Below are positions 60,766 to 64,000 of a DNA stretch of 64,000 nucleotides, piece by piece. A program made the position numbers and the translations under genes. The notes beneath the pieces were generated by a model. It did not search any database. It was not told where the DNA came from and saw nothing but the letters and a program-made list of their open reading frames with translations. Origin of the DNA: Leptolyngbyaceae cyanobacterium (lineage in GTDB: Bacteria > Cyanobacteriota > Cyanobacteriia > Phormidesmidales > Phormidesmidaceae); contig CBDHHL010000032.1 in NCBI GenBank assembly GCA_965263355.1, positions 2,208,001-2,272,000 of the forward strand. Reading direction: 5' to 3'. The stretch's first letter is position 1. Each line of letters starts with the position of its first letter.

Positions 60766-62541
60766 ATGCGTGATAGGACAGTAACATTAGCAACTGGTTT
60801 ACAGGTAAATACTCTGGTTGACCTATCACAGTACAGAGCTTTACATCAGCCCAATAAAGTTGCTTACACATTTTTACTAGATGGCGAGACACATGCCATT
60901 AGCTTGACTTATCAGGAGTTGGATCAACAAGCACAAAGTATCGCCGCTCGTCTGCAACATTGCGGTTCCCCTGGTGATCGGGTATTACTCCTATATTCCC
61001 CTGGGTTAGAGTACATCGCGGCTTTTTTCGGCTGTCTCTATGCAGGTATGATTGCCGTTCCAGCATATTTGCCTAGACCCAACCGGTCGCTTGAAACATT
61101 AGCCGCTATTACTGCTGATGCTCAAGTGACCATAGTTTTAACCACTGAGAAAACCGTTGCCAACTTAAAGCGATATAATCTACAGTCATTTGTTCTATCT
61201 ACTTGTGAATGGATAACCACTGATACCATTAATGGTGCCGATCAGTTCTGGGAACCTTGCAAAAATTCTCCTGATACCCTGGCATTACTGCAATATACTT
61301 CTGGCTCAACATCGACACCTAAGGGGGTAATGATTACCCACCAAAATTTGCTGCATAATTTAGGAGTAATTTCTAAGGGGTTTGACACAACCCCCCAGAG
61401 TAAAGGCATCATATGGTTGCCCCCGTATCATGACATGGGTCTCATTGGAGGAATTTTACAACCTTTATATGGTGGTTTTCCGGTTATCTTGATGTCTCCT
61501 CTAATGTTTTTACAAAGCCCCTTTCGCTGGTTACAATCAATTTCTCACCATCGGGGCACCATCAGTGGTGGTCCAAATTTTGCCTATGATTTGTGCGTTA
61601 AGAAAATCACCCCAGAGCAACGTGATAGTTTGGACTTGAGCTGTTGGGATGTGGCTTTTAATGGAGCCGAACCTATTTCCCCTCAAGTCCTCAAAGATTT
61701 CGCGGAGATGTTTGGCCCCTGCGGCTTTCGGCTAGAAGCATTTTATCCCTGTTATGGGTTAGCTGAAGCTACACTAATGGTTTCCGGTGGTAACAAAAAG
61801 ACTCCACCTATGGTCAAATCTTTTTCTAACTTCTCTTTAAGTCAATCTCACATTTCATCAGAAGCTGTATCTAAAGAGGCATCGATTGCCCTAGTCAGTT
61901 GTGGTCGAGTCTCTTCCCAACGGATTCGAATTGTAGATCCTCAAACTCATCAAACTTGTTTAGCCGGGGAAGTGGGTGAAATTTGGTTGTCTGGCCCCAG
62001 TATTGCTCAAGGGTACTGGCAAAAATCAGAGGAAACAATGCGAACTTTCAGGGCTTATCTGGCTGATACGGGACAGGGACCTTTTTTAAGAACGGGGGAT
62101 TTAGGATTGCTGGATCGGGATGAGCTTTTTGTAACAGGTCGTCTCAAAGACTTAATTATTCTCCATGGCTGTAACCACTATCCGCAAGATATTGAACGTA
62201 CCATCGAGGCCTATGTCCCTGTCATTAGACCCCATAGTTCAGCGGCCTTTTCTGTGGAAGTAGATGGAATCGAAAAATTGATATTGGTGGCTGAATTAGA
62301 GCGTAGATACTGGCAGCTTTGGAAAAAAGCAAATGACAATACTCCTACCAGCACAGCCAATGACACCGACTCAGATCTTCAGAGATTTACCCAGAATCTA
62401 AAAAACACGGTAACAAGAGAGCATTCGTTAAATCCTGAAATCGTCCTGCTATTAAAACCTGGCAGTTTGCCCAAGACCTCAAGTGGCAAGGTACAACGCT
62501 ATCTTTGCCGAGAACGTTTTCTAGCTGGAGCGCTAAAATAG
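60766..62541 (+). CDS. Fatty acyl-AMP ligase (standalone)
   Basis: LQYTSGSTSTPKG, WLPPYHDMGL, YGLAE, RTGDLG, PKTSSGKVQR. Confidence 0.92.
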   Translation: MRDRTVTLATGLQVNTLVDLSQYRALHQPNKVAYTFLLDGETHAISLTYQELDQQAQSIAARLQHCGSPGDRVLLLYSPGLEYIAAFFGCLYAGMIAVPAYLPRPNRSLETLAAITADAQVTIVLTTEKTVANLKRYNLQSFVLSTCEWITTDTINGADQFWEPCKNSPDTLALLQYTSGSTSTPKGVMITHQNLLHNLGVISKGFDTTPQSKGIIWLPPYHDMGLIGGILQPLYGGFPVILMSPLMFLQSPFRWLQSISHHRGTISGGPNFAYDLCVKKITPEQRDSLDLSCWDVAFNGAEPISPQVLKDFAEMFGPCGFRLEAFYPCYGLAEATLMVSGGNKKTPPMVKSFSNFSLSQSHISSEAVSKEASIALVSCGRVSSQRIRIVDPQTHQTCLAGEVGEIWLSGPSIAQGYWQKSEETMRTFRAYLADTGQGPFLRTGDLGLLDRDELFVTGRLKDLIILHGCNHYPQDIERTIEAYVPVIRPHSSAAFSVEVDGIEKLILVAELERRYWQLWKKANDNTPTSTANDTDSDLQRFTQNLKNTVTREHSLNPEIVLLLKPGSLPKTSSGKVQRYLCRERFLAGALK

Positions 62542-62582
62542 CATTCTATTTCCCTTTACCCTATCAATTCTTTAAGTGAAAT

Positions 62583-63281
62583 TTAAAGGTAACTATTAGC
62601 AGCAGAGGCAACAAAGATTGGCAATATGCTAATCACTATAAATAAGGCGATCCAGCTATTCAAACCAATCTTCAGATGATTAAAAATATAATTTAGGTAA
62701 GGATTGAACCAACCACTCATAATACAAAAATTAGTACTAAACGGAGGTTTATGATGGATACCGTGTTCAGATGAGTTAAGAATAATATGGGCTTTCTTCA
62801 AAAGTGGCAGTGGATAATAAAGTGTGGTTTTAGGTAAATGAGCCCAACGATGGCTCATTTGCATGGCATGCAACATAAAAGCAACGGTAATATACAGTGT
62901 ATGGTGGGCTGGAGTATTGAAAATCGAAACTAACGGGTATACCAACGTTAGGGGCAAATGCATAACGTAGAGGTGTTTATAGAGACTCATCTCATAAATA
63001 TGATTAGGATTCTCATGATGGCTTTGAAAACCTTTAGCCAGGGAACAAATCAAAGGAATTTCTAGAGATTTTTCATCATCTAAAATCAGATGTAATAATC
63101 CACTAATAATATCAGTATAAAAATAAACAAAGATAATAATACAACCCACAAGTCTAAAGCTTGGAGGTGACTGGTAAAGTTTGAATAGTGAGAAAGACAA
63201 AAATAAACTTACCAGGACTGTAAATTTTATATCGTGACCTAGTTGAATTTTCATCTGTTTCTTCCGTATTTTTTTTTGCAA
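62583..63281 (-). CDS. CarF/TMEM189/FAD4-family lipid desaturase
   Basis: His boxes DIISGLLHLILD, FQSHH, SHRWAH, HGIHH and NFCIMSGWFN; the true start may be ATG 63254. Confidence 0.8.
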   Translation of the reverse strand: MQKKIRKKQMKIQLGHDIKFTVLVSLFLSFSLFKLYQSPPSFRLVGCIIIFVYFYTDIISGLLHLILDDEKSLEIPLICSLAKGFQSHHENPNHIYEMSLYKHLYVMHLPLTLVYPLVSIFNTPAHHTLYITVAFMLHAMQMSHRWAHLPKTTLYYPLPLLKKAHIILNSSEHGIHHKPPFSTNFCIMSGWFNPYLNYIFNHLKIGLNSWIALFIVISILPIFVASAANSYL

Positions 63282-63298
63282 GCTCTAGGGTTTATTAG

Positions 63299-64000
63299 AT
63301 GCCTTTATTGACTCAATATTTTTCGGCTCAAGCTCTTGAACGTTACTTGGGTGATCCAATGAACCCAAAGCAAGAATTCTCGTTCAAAAAAAGCGTTGAG
63401 TTAGATGAACAGGAAGCTTACCCCACAGAGTTTTGTGATTTCCTTCACGAATGGAATGTTAGTGAATATTATATTCCACATCACTATGGTGGCAAGCTCA
63501 CATCCTTTGAAGAAATGTTAGCAATTGCCAGGGTAATTGCCCGCCGAGATTTAACGGTCACCATCGCCCATGGAGTCACCTATTTGGGCTCAGCAGTTGT
63601 GTGGGTAGGTGGTAACGATTTACAAAAAAAGCGACTGGCCACCAGGATCAAACAAGGACAAAAAGTAGCGTTTGGATTAACGGAAAAAAGTCATGGTAGT
63701 GATATTTTAGCGAGTGAAACCTTAGCCCAAAAGGTTGATCAAGGCTACGTCCTATCAGGAGAAAAGTGGCTGATTGGCAATGCTACCCATAGTGATGTCA
63801 TTGTCATCTTTGCTCGTACTAATCCTAAGGGTGGGCCAAGAGGTTTTTCTTGGTTTTTAATTGAAAAAGACCGTTTAGAGCCAGGTTCCTATACCCACTT
63901 ACCCAAAATCAAAACCCATGGACTAAGGGGGGCTGATATTAGCGGAATTTGTTTCCACAATTGTTTTGTATCTGATGACGCCTTAGTGGGGACTGCTGGT
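63299..64000 (+). CDS. Acyl-CoA/acyl-ACP dehydrogenase (3' end outside window)
   Basis: Not in the ORF track. Manual translation MPLLTQY...LERYLGDP...ARRDLTVTIAHG...FGLTEKSHGSD...LSGEKWLIGNAT...KTHGLRGADISG. Confidence 0.88.
   Translation, partial: MPLLTQYFSAQALERYLGDPMNPKQEFSFKKSVELDEQEAYPTEFCDFLHEWNVSEYYIPHHYGGKLTSFEEMLAIARVIARRDLTVTIAHGVTYLGSAVVWVGGNDLQKKRLATRIKQGQKVAFGLTEKSHGSDILASETLAQKVDQGYVLSGEKWLIGNATHSDVIVIFARTNPKGGPRGFSWFLIEKDRLEPGSYTHLPKIKTHGLRGADISGICFHNCFVSDDALVGTAG

Overview
Cyanobacterial chromosomal window, inferred from recurrent HIP1 GCGATCGC sites and cyanobacteria-typical genes (DUF4335/DUF3038, XisH/XisI, DevA/DevB, a group-2 sigma factor). (1) 1-8.1 kb: housekeeping genes (folB, proA, mazG) with an AT-rich Rpn / AAA-ATPase / DUF3226 insert. 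(2) About 8.2-26.3 kb: a decaying island next to tRNA-Val(TAC). It carries a tyrosine integrase, a lone DISARM drmD, an IS66-truncated SF1 helicase, and an array of six co-oriented integron attC-like sites with no intI in the window. The cassettes are VanZ-like, a MazF TA pair, a PD-(D/E)XK-like nuclease, a TIR-restriction endonuclease fusion, XisH/XisI and an antitoxin. Several attC sites are interrupted by mobile DNA: an IS110 with a candidate three-loop bridge RNA, a group IIC intron remnant, a MITE and a 21-nt repeat. (3) 26.3-45.1 kb: ordinary genes, plus a 5x50-bp tandem repeat that may be an assembly artefact. (4) 45.6-64 kb: a lipid/polyketide cluster running off the right edge. It has a cNMP-fused DevA, DevB, three FAAL domains, a fully reducing one-module PKS without TE, inositol-3-phosphate synthase, a CarF-like desaturase and an acyl-CoA dehydrogenase. 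All calls come from motif reading and recall; no searches were run.
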